A stretch of 64,000 bases of DNA from Eledone cirrhosa (taxonomy: Eukaryota). Made by a program: the position numbers and the translations under genes. This document shows, one piece after another, positions 1 to 12,149 of the stretch. Position 1 is the first letter of the stretch, and every line of letters begins with the position of its first letter. The stretch lies in the NCBI GenBank assembly GCA_964016885.1, contig OZ024749.1, forward strand, positions 39,122,001 through 39,186,000. Direction: 5' to 3'. The notes under the pieces were generated by a model that worked only from the letters and a program-made list of their open reading frames with translations, was not told where the DNA came from and ran no database searches.

Positions 1-174
1 CAGGAAGTTGAGATTATGAGTAAATATTCATTTCTGGTGCCACACTAGTAGTTATTACATTAACCCTTTTGTTACCATATTTTTAATGAAAGAAAACCAA
101 TACCTAGAACTTTTGAACTCTTTTTAAAATAATCAAGTATCTTAATAGATTTTGTAATATAACTAAATTTCTCC

Positions 175-309
175 TGTGGAGAAAAATTCAGTTTTGCTCT
201 TGGAGAAGAGAAAGTCATCGAGACATGGGATCTTGGTGTAGCTACTATGAAGAAAGGTGAACTTGCTCGTTTGACATGCAAATCTGAATATGCTTATGGA
301 AAAAGAGGT
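175..309 (+). pseudogene. FKBP4: FKBP-type PPIase (FKBP4/FKBP5/FKBP59-like FK1 domain) fragment; truncated retrocopy or orphan exon
   Basis: Hand translation gives [45 protein letters not shown], matching the FKBP4/5 motif FSFxLGxxxVIxxWDxxxATMKxGExxxxTCKxEYAYG. Homology stops before the expected PPKIPPNATL. No convincing splice acceptor lies upstream. Confidence 0.75.
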
Positions 310-942
310 TGTTACCATAATGTTAATAAGTGTTGTTACCATAATGTTAATAAAAGACAATACCTAGTACTTTCAAATCCTTTTGAAAATAATTAAGAAT
401 CTGGATAAATGTAATAATTGTTTCTACTTTTGGTACAAGGCCAGCAAGTTAATTTTACTGAAATTCAAGAGAAAAAAGAATAGGTGCAGGTATGGATGTG
501 TGATTAAGAAGTTTACAAATAAAAAATAAATCTGGTTGGAACACTGAAGAACCTCACAAGGGAGATAATGAAGGAAGGTGATAGATGGAAGCAAACAGAA
601 GTAGTAGAAGACCTGTCCAACTCATACAGGCATGAACAAGTGAACATGATGATGATGATGATGATAATATATACAAGAAATAGTTTTATGTATGTTAGTT
701 GGAGAAATATGAGTTAAGACCAATATCTCTAGATGTTGACAGATATCTAAATATGTAGTTCCTTTTGTTAGTTCTTTTGTTAGAAACAGCAGACAATAAC
801 TGCCTTTCCTCCACCCCACACAGAGCGAGCAGACAATAACTATGTCCCTCACCCCCCACAGAGACATAATAACTTCCATTATCTTTAAGATAAATTGATT
901 GAACTTGATCAAACAAGTTGAGTCACTAACATCGGTGTGCTG

Positions 943-979
<37 letters not shown>

Positions 980-1020
980 CAGCAGCAGCAGTACAGGCAG
1001 TGGCAACAGCATTATTATTA

Positions 1021-1410
1021 TTGGATTGACTGTATCGGTAGAATGTTGGACACTCTGCTTCGTGGCATAGAATTACGGCCCTTTGTATTCTGAGTTCAAA
1101 TCCTGCCCGAGTTAGCTCTGCCTTTTATCCTTATGGGGTCGATAAAATAAAGTTTTAGTAATGCACAGGGGTCAATTTAATCGACTTTCCCTTTCCCCCA
1201 AAATGGTTGGCCTTGTGCCTGCGGTGGATTGGCAGTATCGGTAGAGGGTCGGACGTCATGCTTTGACGTATAGAGTTACGGCCCTTGCCATTCTGAGTTC
1301 AAATCCCGCCGAGGTTAACTTTGCCTTTCATCCTTAACGGGGGTCGATAAAATAAAGTACCAGTAATGCACTGGGTAATTGTTGGCCTCGTGCCAAAAAG
1401 TAGAAACAAT
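1021..1410 (+). mobile_element. Two tandem copies of the tRNA-derived SINE that dominates this window
   Basis: A-box-like TGGCAGTATCGG, B-box GAGTTCAAATCC, core GCCTTTCATCCTT..GGGGTCGATAAAATAAAGTACCAG, 3' GGCCTYGTGCC..AAGTAGAAACAATTATT. Confidence 0.9.
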
Positions 1411-1426
1411 TATTTTTATTATTATT

Positions 1427-1459
<33 letters not shown>

Positions 1460-1870
1460 AATGTTACTGCTACTACTATTACTACTAGTTGTAGTAGTAG
1501 TAGTAGTAGTACAACACCAACAATGCTAACATTAACCAAACCAACCAGTCAAGACATGTTAACAATATCCCTTTTATTGTTACTACTTGATATCTCATTA
1601 AATATTGGACTCAAATCTTCATCCTTCATTTATTTTTTTTTCTTCTTTCGTACTTAACTGCTTTACCCCTCCTCCCCCCCCTCACCTCACCAGCAGTACC
1701 AATCAATAGAATAATTATTCAATTCACTATACCTCACACCCCGCCCCAGAACTGAGACAAATTTAGAAATTGTATTGAAGTACTTTTAGCAATAGGGAAT
1801 GAGAAGAGAGAAGATTTCAAAAAAACATTCTTATGTACTAAATACACATATGGTAGTCTCATATACTGTG

Positions 1871-1946
<76 letters not shown>

Positions 1947-1950
<4 letters not shown>

Positions 1951-2140
1951 AACGAGTAGGACCCCGACGGCTGAGCTCAAGCCGTTTCGACGGCTAGTTC
2001 TGGACTCCAGAACTAGCCGTCGAAACAGCTTGAGCTCAGCCGTCGAGGTCCTACTCGTTCCTATTACCCACTCTACTACCCTAAGTATTGAGTACTTTGG
2101 TGCGTTATGGTACACCTGGTTCCTTACCACATTTGCTTCG

Positions 2141-2142
<2 letters not shown>
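1947..2142 (+). mobile_element. Palindromic PLE-type terminal insert, family A, in (TA)n
   Basis: Inverted repeat 1947-2063. The right arm holds the hammerhead 3' half (GAAAC 2022-2026 ... GTC 2042-2044), followed by a ~80-bp tail. Related copies at 8163, 21145, 47002 and 51843. Confidence 0.75.
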
Positions 2143-2224
<82 letters not shown>

Positions 2225-2225
<1 letters not shown>

Positions 2226-2657
2226 ACCAAAGATTAGTATGGTTCGTTGATTACTCAACGAATACAATATTACAATAGATTAGAAGCACTCAACAAAGGA
2301 TTTTCCTGGGGTTTTTAATATTATTCAAAATGTTAACAAATGAAAACTATTCTCATAATCAAAATATATATTTTATTATACATATTTCAAAGGTACTATG
2401 GTGTTTAAGTACGTTTTCATCAGACAAAATATAAGATTTGATATCTGACATACCACTACGGTTTTGATTATTCAATTCTAGTATTGGCAGATACTAGAAT
2501 TGAATAATCAAAACCGTAGTGGTATGTCAGATATCAAATCATATATTTTGTCTGATGAAAACGTACTTAAACACCATAGTACCTTTGAAATATGTATAAT
2601 AAGATATATATTTTGATTATGAGAATATTTTTCATTTGTTAACATTTTGAATAATAT
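2225..2657 (-). mobile_element. Palindromic PLE-type insert with a hammerhead in each arm
   Basis: Near-perfect inverted repeat 2318-2484/2491-2657. The unique tail is at 2225-2317. (TA)n lies on both sides. Confidence 0.75.
2541..2609 (+). ncRNA. Minimal type I hammerhead ribozyme (mirrored on the minus strand in the left arm)
   Basis: Stem I ATATTTTGT/ATAAGATAT; CTGATGA 2552-2558; stem II AAACGTACT/AGTACCTTT; GAAA 2587-2590; short near-palindromic stem III TATGTA; ATA cleavage triplet. Confidence 0.75.
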
Positions 2658-2666
2658 ATGTATACC

Positions 2667-2704
<38 letters not shown>

Positions 2705-2905
2705 CATTTTTTTATTATATATATATATATATAGTTACAGAAGAGTGTTGTTTATCTTAGTTGTTATGTTGTAACTCCCTGAGGATAGACAGGTCCTAGC
2801 AATCTAAAGCACTACTTGTCAGTAGTTTATTCCAGGTAGGTGATATTGAGTGAGTGGCCACCAGTATATCACAATGATTGCATAACTGCACCAATGATTG
2901 CGTAA

Positions 2906-2956
2906 GCATCTGACGAAGTCACATGTATAACCATGCAACAGAAATATATATAATGC
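2906..2956 (+). ncRNA. Minimal type I hammerhead ribozyme
   Basis: Stem I GCAT/ATGC; CTGACGA 2910-2916; imperfect stem II with CATG/CATG; GAAA-TATATA-TA. Confidence 0.65.
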
Positions 2957-3074
2957 AATAAACAATTATGGTGATTTAATCCCGTCTTAACTACCATCAG
3001 TAATGTACTGGGTAATTGCTGGCCTTGTGCCTAAAGTAGAAACAATTATTTGATATATATAAATACATATATAT

Positions 3075-3455
3075 GCAAAGTATAAATGAACTGAGAGAGA
3101 AATTGGGCATAAGAGGGATCAGATACAATATGTTACATACCGTTGGTATGGTCATGTAATACGTATTAAAGATGACAGTTGTATAAAAAGGTGCAGGGCA
3201 ATCAAAGTTGATGGAATCTATGGAGTAGAAAGACCCAGGAAGACACAGGATGAGGTGATAATAGCTGACCTTGTGCAATTACACCTCTCAAAGACAATGA
3301 CACGATATCTTTGGCATTATGCAGTAATACAGAAGATCTGCCTTCCCATGCGCACTGACTGAAACATACAACTAGTAGACACCTTTTAACCAATATACCT
3401 CCCTTCAATACACCTCCCATGCCCCGATGGACGTAAAAACGATGATAATGATGAC
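3075..3455 (+). mobile_element. Degenerate 3' fragment of an RTE-clade LINE
   Basis: Similar to 16410-17080 (INELREKLGIRGIR...RWYGHV...RPRKT) and ends in a GAT-rich tail. Confidence 0.8.
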
Positions 3456-3899
3456 TGGGAATGTCTGTGTTTCGTTCATTTTCTGTTGACTTCGCCCATA
3501 TTTTTTATTCGTTTTGTATGATTTTAGCCAAGCAGGACTCTTTTTTCCAAATTGATATGTTCCTCTATCCATTCTTTCTTTTCTCACTTTCTCTCACTCT
3601 CTCTCTCTTCTCATTGTGTCAGTTTATTTAGGACTCAACGTTCACACAAACAAACAAAATTGTTATTAATGTTTGTGTATTCTCTATCTCTTCCGCACCC
3701 CCCCCCCTCTCCCTCCTCTTCCTCCTTCTGCTTTTTCTTGGTTAATCAATATGTTGGACTTGTCTATATCTTTTCTTTCCAGTTGCAACATATTGGTTTG
3801 TAGTATATTTTATCTTATTTCTAAATAATCAAAAGGCTGATTATATTGTCTTATATATTTGTTACTCTCCCTTATACACTGGTGCCAGTTGTATTGAGC

Positions 3900-4128
3900 T
3901 TAACTCCTTAGTATTTAAACCGGTTATATCTGGTCAGAACTCTCTCACTTCTTTGTGTTGAAACTAACTGTAGTTGACCATACATACCTACATTAAGGTA
4001 TTGTTTTCAAAATAAATAAAATCAAAATCTCATAGATTCAATTTTATGTGAGATAATTATGTGAGATAAAGCCTCTACTGTGAAAATACAATAGTATATA
4101 TAGAGTATTGTAAATACTAAAGGGTTAA
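3900..4128. mobile_element. TTAA-bounded piggyBac-like MITE
   Basis: TIRs TTAACTCCTTAGTATTTA ... TAAATACTAAAGGGTTAA; no coding capacity. Confidence 0.7.
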
Positions 4129-4239
4129 AGCAACGAAATAAAATATCTCCAGAGATCGCCTGATGAGTTGAGACTATCTTCTGGGTTTCATTGTTTTTCT
4201 GTTGTCTTCGCCCATATTCTTAATTCATTATATGTTATA

Positions 4240-4340
4240 TGCCGAGGTTAACTTTGCCTTTCATCCTTACGGGGTCGATAAAATAAAGTACCAGTAACCT
4301 ACTGAGTAATTGCTGGCCTTGTGCCAAATGTAGAAACAAT

Positions 4341-4342
<2 letters not shown>
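4240..4342 (+). mobile_element. SINE 3' half
   Basis: Core and 3' end match the window's SINE consensus. Confidence 0.85.
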
Positions 4343-5179
<837 letters not shown>

Positions 5180-5216
5180 TACATATATACACATATATAC
5201 ATATATATATATATAC

Positions 5217-5271
<55 letters not shown>

Positions 5272-5322
5272 TACATATATATACATATACACATATATAT
5301 ATACATATATACATATATATAC

Positions 5323-5398
<76 letters not shown>

Positions 5399-5965
5399 AT
5401 GTATTTATGTAACGGGATTCTTTACAGTTTTTCTCAAGCCACCCAAGGCCGCAAAGAATGTGAATCTGACACAAATTCCCAGGTATTGTTCTTTGGTCCA
5501 CTTTTTCACTGGCCATTAACTGGTAGGAAGCAAGCCTCTCATGTCTGAGGCTCAACTTGTGAATGAACGCCCATATCTGATGTCTTACACATGCTGGCTA
5601 GCGTGATCACATTAAACTGTTCACTTCTCATAATAAATATTGTAGTTGCATCTGACTATTGTTTGTATTCTCTGCTGTTTTTGTTTTATTGTGATTCATT
5701 GTATTATATAGTATTGCTTTACACTCATTCCATTGTCTTTGTTTCTCTACTTCAGTCTTAGTGAGTTGTTGTTTTTTTCAGTCATTAGACTGTGGCCATG
5801 CTGTGACACCATCTTCAAGGGATTCAGTCATTCGTATCAATCATAGTTCATATCTTTATAAAGCCTGATACATATTTGATCGATCTCTATTTTTCAATCC
5901 ACAAAGTTATCTGATATAAATAAACAGTAAGTGTAATTGTAAACAAACACATATGTGCGTGTATG

Positions 5966-6578
<613 letters not shown>

Positions 6579-6580
6579 CA

Positions 6581-6806
6581 GGTTGTCCTGTTGTGGGCAG
6601 TGTCCAGTCAGCTGACCTTGTCTTGCTCATACAGGAACTGTTTATATATATATAACTGATTATATATGTATAACTGATTATATATATATATATAATCAGT
6701 TCCTGTATCAGCAAGACAAGGTCAGCTGACTGGACACTGCCCACAACAGGACAACCCGTCTAACCCATGCTAGCGTGGAAGAACGGGCGTAAAATGGTGA
6801 TGATGA

Positions 6807-6810
<4 letters not shown>
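6581..6810 (+). mobile_element. RTE-type 3' tail with an inverted duplicate of its 5' part
   Basis: Inverted repeat 6581-6756 around a TA-rich centre. The right arm continues into CCCATGCTAGCGTGGAA...(GAT)n. Confidence 0.7.
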
Positions 6811-6844
<34 letters not shown>

Positions 6845-6854
6845 TATATATATA

Positions 6855-7657
6855 CGTGTGTTATATAGTTATAGAGGTATTTATTTACGCTTTAATTTAT
6901 ATTTTTAATTATCGTGTCTATAGTCTGCCTTTCATAGGTTATAGATTCCATACACTGGTGGTTCTTTTCCCTGTTTTATTGATAGCGCACTGTATATCTC
7001 TCTCTGGTGTGTTACCTTTCAACATATTGTATTTTAAAGAGCTCAGGATTTCTTCTCCTTTGAGCACATTATTTACAGGGAATAGCGACGGCCTATGCCT
7101 CCGTGAATTTATCGTGATATTTCGCTCCTAATAACAGTCTTTCCTATCTCTGTTTGGTTGAGCACACTTCTCTGAGTGGCTTTGGGCTGCCCTTTCTAGC
7201 AGTTCGTCCCTCAGGGGCCACTGGTTCACTGGCCTTAAACACGCTGTGACTTCTCTCTCCCACGTGTAGCTGGACAGTCACTTTTAAAATTCTCTTAGTG
7301 TTGTCTGAAATGTATAGCCTTACACACGCTGATGAAGCGGGGCTAACCCATTTCTTTCAACAAATTACTGGTGAAACATCTTTGGATTAGTATCTTTGGA
7401 TTTGTACGTGTGTTATATAGTTATAGAGGTATTTATTTACACTTTAATTTATATTTTTAATTATCGTGTCTATAGTCTGCCTTTCATAGGTTATAGATTC
7501 CATACACTGGTAGTTCTTTTCCCTGTTTTATTGATAGCGCACTGTATATCTCTCTCTGGTGTGTTACCTTTTCAACATATTGTATTTTAAAGAGCTCAGG
7601 ATTTCTTCTCCTTTGAGCACATTATTTACAGGGAATAGCGAGGGCCTATGCCTCCGT
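6855..7657 (+). mobile_element. Non-coding element with a ~250-bp direct repeat (552-bp period) and internal hammerhead; retrozyme/pLTR-like
   Basis: 6855-7104 is nearly identical to 7407-7657. A hammerhead lies at 7322-7413. Confidence 0.75.
7322..7413 (+). ncRNA. Type I hammerhead ribozyme
   Basis: Perfect stem I ACACACG/CGTGTGT; CTGATGA 7329-7335; GAAAC 7373-7377; GTA 7404-7406. Stems II and III are imperfect, with a small duplication in III. Confidence 0.7.
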
Positions 7658-7913
7658 TAACAGGGAACGTCTTCACAAACTAAAGTATCGTCTTCCTGTT
7701 TTCCTTTGGATGCAACGTTTTTCGAAATATTTGCTTTGCGTTCACAGATTGATTTTTTTTAGTTTCAGAAAATCCCGTTAAAGGTGAAAGCAGCGATTCT
7801 TTGCTTAAACTTTAATTTGTTATTTTAATAAATATTTGCTCTAGGGTTCTTATATATTTGATATATATTTATCCTTATCGAGCCTTCATTTTAGTCTTCA
7901 CATTTATTATTAT

Positions 7914-7918
<5 letters not shown>
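7658..7918 (+). mobile_element. Terminal segment of PLE-type family B
   Basis: Homologous to the reverse complement of 53072-53320; ends in (TA)n. Confidence 0.7.
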
Positions 7919-7975
<57 letters not shown>

Positions 7976-8075
7976 CTTCCATATACTGTACCGTTTGTGT
8001 TATTTCTGTTTACCTTTTACATACATATATATACAAGATGTGTTTGTATATATATATATATACCCTCCCCAAATA

Positions 8076-8162
<87 letters not shown>

Positions 8163-8169
<7 letters not shown>

Positions 8170-8355
8170 AGAGTCAGGACCCAACAGCTGAGCTCTTGTC
8201 GTTTCAACAGCTAGTTCTCGTCTGGAAATGGCAAGAGCTCTGCCGTTGGGTCCTATCTCTTTTTAATATAGCCATACTCTATTACACCAGCTATCGAATA
8301 CTCTGTTGAGTAATGGTCTAACTTGTTTTATGGTCTAACTGGTTCTATTCTGATT
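8163..8355 (+). mobile_element. Diverged family A palindromic insert
   Basis: AAAGAGTCAGGACCCAACAGCTGAGCTC...GAGCTCTGCCGTTGGGTCCTATCTCTTTT plus tail; similar to 51843. Confidence 0.65.
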
Positions 8356-8695
8356 TATAGAGAGATATACGAAGATAAACTGTAATGAATATATATAGGT
8401 CGATATATAAAGATATGCAGTTGTTGTAAACAACCTGAGACTGTCCAAGGATTTCTCAGCTTTCTGCAAGTTAAGTCTAGTTTGTCACAAAAAAGTAAGT
8501 GTAGTTTGTATAATTTATTGTGCTTTCTTTTTATATATAATTTCTTTTCCAAATGACTAAGTGACCTGAATAGATTGTGGAATGCTGTGACATTTGTGCT
8601 TCATGTGTAATTACTTTATCACAGGTAATAGGTAACCTAAAAGCAACAACAAAACATCCATTCACTTTTGAAGCCAGAGTAAATCATATTCAACA

Positions 8696-9045
8696 ACTAG
8701 CCAGCCAGCCAGCAAGCCAGCCAACCAACCAGACAGCCAGCCTGCACACTAACCAGCCAGCCAACCTGTCAACAAGCCGACCAGCCAGCCAGCCTGCACA
8801 CCAACCAAGCAGCCAGCCAACCTGTCAACAAGCCGACCAGCCAGCAAGCCAGCCAGCCTGCACACTAACCAGCCAGCCAACCTGTCAACAAGCCGAGCAG
8901 CCAGCCAGCCAACCAGCCAGTCTGCACACCAACCAAGCAGCCAGCCAACCAGTTAACTAGCCAGCCAGCCCACGAGCTCACCAGCCAGCCAGTCAGCTTG
9001 CCAAACAGCCAGTCTACACACCAACCAGCCATACCAGCCAACCAG
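8696..9045. repeat. (CCAG)n-derived compound minisatellite
   Basis: CCAG/CCAA runs punctuated by recurring CCTGCACAC and CCTGTCAACAAGCCG blocks. Confidence 0.9.
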
Positions 9046-9206
9046 AACACAGTGTCTCATGTTAAATCTTCCTGAAAACTACATTAATGGTTCACGTGTT
9101 TGTGATAAGCTCAGTCACTTGCATGATAATTTCATGAGGAACCAGTTCCATTGTTTAAACAATTGGAATGCTTGTCATCAGAACCAATGGTGGTTCAACA
9201 CACACA

Positions 9207-9207
<1 letters not shown>

Positions 9208-9245
<38 letters not shown>

Positions 9246-10811
9246 GTTTAACGTCCGTGTTCCATGCTTGCATGGGTTTGGACGGGAGTTTTCCCACTTG
9301 AGGCAAGAGTGGTTGTCCTGTTCGCATAGGACTGTCTGGCGGGTTTTCTACAGCTGGATGCCCTTCCTAACACCAACCACATTTACAGTGTGGGACTGGG
9401 ACGTTTTTACCGTGTTGCCTACACGATCTCATTTGTTTCGGCCTGGATTTTGTGGCACCAACATAACTTTACATTGAAAGGGGCGGTGTGGATGGGGTGG
9501 GGTGGGTGGGACGGGGGTGTATTTTGTTAGAGATGCCTACTGACTGTAGTAGGTTTTACTTTGTATTTAGGTAACGCGGGTCTTCTCTATTACTGAGTAC
9601 CGCCAAAGCTCTCGGTCCAGTGACATTGTCTTGGAGAGGTGTAAGTGTGTGAGGTGGAAATTTATCAGCTCGTCCCAGGTTTTTCTGGGTCTGCCTACTC
9701 CGTGGCTACCATCTATCTTTATTGCCCTGCACTTTGTTATACAGCTGTCGTCTTTCATGCGCATCACGTGACCATACCAATGTAGCCTTCTCTCGAGTAA
9801 ACAACATCTGATCCCTCTTATTTCTAATTTTTTCCTTAGTTCGTTTATGCTTTGCCGTTCGCGTATATTACTATTACACATCCAGCGGAGCATGCAAGCT
9901 TCGTTCCTCTCTAGTCTGCGTATATCCTCTGCACACACTGCCCAAGTCTCACTGCCATGCAACATTGCTGTTCGTATGCAGGCATCATACAACCTGCCTT
10001 TCACTTTTAGGGAGAACCCTTTAGCGGCTAATAGTGGTATAAGCTCTCTGAACTTTTTCCATCCAGTTCTGACTCTAGCTACTGTACTTTCGGAGCACCC
10101 TCCCCCACTGCTGATTTTGTCACCCAGGTAACGGAAGCTGTCCACTATTTCTATAGAACCCTCTGCGCAGTTGAAAGAGCTAGTATTTTGTGGGCACTTG
10201 CTGCTACTTATTGCACCAGAGCACCGGCCACATGTAAAATCGGTGTTCTTAGTTAGCTTACCTGTGATCCCACTACATCTTTTATGCACCCATACTCTGC
10301 ATTTGGGACATAAAATGGAGTTTCTACCTACGCCTTTCCTATACACTGAGCATGGCCATTTCCCGGAAGGGACCGGCGCCTTATTTTCTTTCCTACAAAC
10401 TAGAATTTTAGTTTTAGCCATGTTAATTTTAAGGCCTTTTGATTCTAGGCCGTGCTTCCATGCTTGGAATTTCTTCTCTAGCTCGGCCATTGATTCAGCT
10501 ATGAGCGTTAGGTCATCTGCGTATAGGAGTTCCCATGGGCAGCCAGTCTTGAACTCCTCTGTTATAGCCTGAAGAGCAATAATGAATAGTAGGGGGCTAA
10601 GAACAGAGCCCTGATGGACACCAACTTTTACGCTAAACTCTTCACTATATTCGTTGTTAATTCTAACCTTGCTCACTGTTTCTTTATACATGGCTTGTAT
10701 AGCTCTCACAAGCCATTGGTCAACACCTAGTTTTCTAAGAGCCCACCAGATAATGGAACGGGGGACTCTGTCGAAGGCTTTCTCCAAGTCGACAAAGGCT
10801 AAGTATAGGGC
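9208..10811 (-). mobile_element. 5'-truncated RTE-clade LINE
   Basis: RT coding region plus ~330-bp 3' UTR ending in (GAT)n on the minus strand. The 5' break abuts (TA)n. Confidence 0.93.
9567..10811 (-). CDS. Partial RTE reverse transcriptase with a Cys/His (PHD-like) insertion; uninterrupted frame
   Basis: FVDLEKAFDRV, GVHQGSVLSPLLF, LLYADD, FRYLG, HGSETW and GRPRKTW motifs. Cys-rich insert WPCSV...CPKC..WVHKRC...CGRC. Confidence 0.9.
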   Translation of the reverse strand, partial: ALYLAFVDLEKAFDRVPRSIIWWALRKLGVDQWLVRAIQAMYKETVSKVRINNEYSEEFSVKVGVHQGSVLSPLLFIIALQAITEEFKTGCPWELLYADDLTLIAESMAELEKKFQAWKHGLESKGLKINMAKTKILVCRKENKAPVPSGKWPCSVYRKGVGRNSILCPKCRVWVHKRCSGITGKLTKNTDFTCGRCSGAISSSKCPQNTSSFNCAEGSIEIVDSFRYLGDKISSGGGCSESTVARVRTGWKKFRELIPLLAAKGFSLKVKGRLYDACIRTAMLHGSETWAVCAEDIRRLERNEACMLRWMCNSNIRERQSINELRKKLEIRGIRCCLLERRLHWYGHVMRMKDDSCITKCRAIKIDGSHGVGRPRKTWDELINFHLTHLHLSKTMSLDRELWRYSVIEKTRVT

Positions 10812-10846
<35 letters not shown>

Positions 10847-10848
<2 letters not shown>

Positions 10849-11108
10849 CATCATCATCATCATCGTTTCATGACTATCTTCCATGCTAGCATGGGTTAGA
10901 CGGGAGTTGTCCCACTTGAGGCAAGATTGGTTGGGTGACTGTGTCTCGCTCGTATAGGACTATCTGGCAGGTTTTCTATGGCTGGATGCCCTTCCTAACA
11001 CCAACCACATTTACAGTGTGGACTGGGAGCTTTTTACCATGTTACCTACATGACCACATTACAGCGTGCACTGTGTGTTTTTTTTTGTCGTGACACCTAC
11101 ACGACCTA

Positions 11109-11110
<2 letters not shown>
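10847..11110 (-). mobile_element. RTE 3' UTR-only copy
   Basis: Matches 9240-9425 (CCATGCTAGCATGGG, GCTGGATGCCCTTCCTAACACCAACC). Confidence 0.85.
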
Positions 11111-11160
<50 letters not shown>

Positions 11161-11164
11161 TATT

Positions 11165-11900
11165 TATCATAATTTAACATCTGCTTCCTACTAGGGTCTA
11201 TATAGATCAAGTCAGTACTGAAGCAGGGCTACTGACCTCCGGGACAGGCTGAGGGATCTGTATCCCACTTACATACAATCATATCGAGTGCAGAAGAGAA
11301 GTTGTCATGTCTTTTGACAAACTGAAGGGTCCTCCTAACCCTTTGATTGACAAGCTTTCTATAGCTGGATGCTCTTTCTAACACCAACCACTTTACAGTG
11401 TGTACTGGGTGCTTTTATTGTGTAGAGATCACCAGCACTAGGGAGGCTGTCATGTCCTTGATACAACTAAAGGGTCCTCCCAATGCTTTGTCTGGCAAAT
11501 ATTCTTTGGCTGGACGCCTTTCCAACCTCTTTACAGCATGTACTGGGTTCATTAATCAAGTAGATCACCAACACTAGAGAGGATGTTGTGGCTTTGACAA
11601 CAATAACAGGGTCTCTAAACCCTTTTAGGCAGGGTTTTTACAGCAGCATGCTCTTCCTGTTACCAACCAGCTTTACAAAGTGTACCAGGTGCATTTTCAT
11701 GGCACCATCACTAGAGTTTGTTGGTCATGGACTGACTGTAGAGCCCTTGCAACTCTGTGGAGGGGCGGGGCAATATAGGAGGGATATAGGTATGAATTTA
11801 TAGGTGTATGTGGGGATTTAGCAGGGCAATGAGTAAAGGGTAGGGATGAGTGATAAGTGTATGGGGTGAGGGGAGATGTAGTGGTGGGCTTGGGGTGGGG
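11165..11900 (-). mobile_element. Older RTE-type 3' UTR with internally repeated blocks
   Basis: Three degenerate GCTGGATGC..TTCC..ACCAACCACTTTACAG blocks. Confidence 0.6.
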
Positions 11901-12149
11901 GTGTTGGATATATATATATATATATATATATATCAAGGAGACAAGAGATGAACAAACAAGAGGATGCAATAACAGGATGTATATTAGTTTCACACTTGGA
12001 GGAAGAAGATTGAGTAACATAGTCAACGTATTGGGTTTTTAGCTATTCTAAACCTGATACAGCCAACAAATTTGTTGATTTAAAAAGGAATATGTTCAGT
12101 TTCTCAAAACATTATATTCACATATTCACATTGGTTTTAAAATATGAAA

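Noticed and set aside
4155-4200. CTGATGA as a hammerhead core (likewise CTGAGGA at 17444 and 21948)
   Set aside because: No properly placed GAAA and closing stems.
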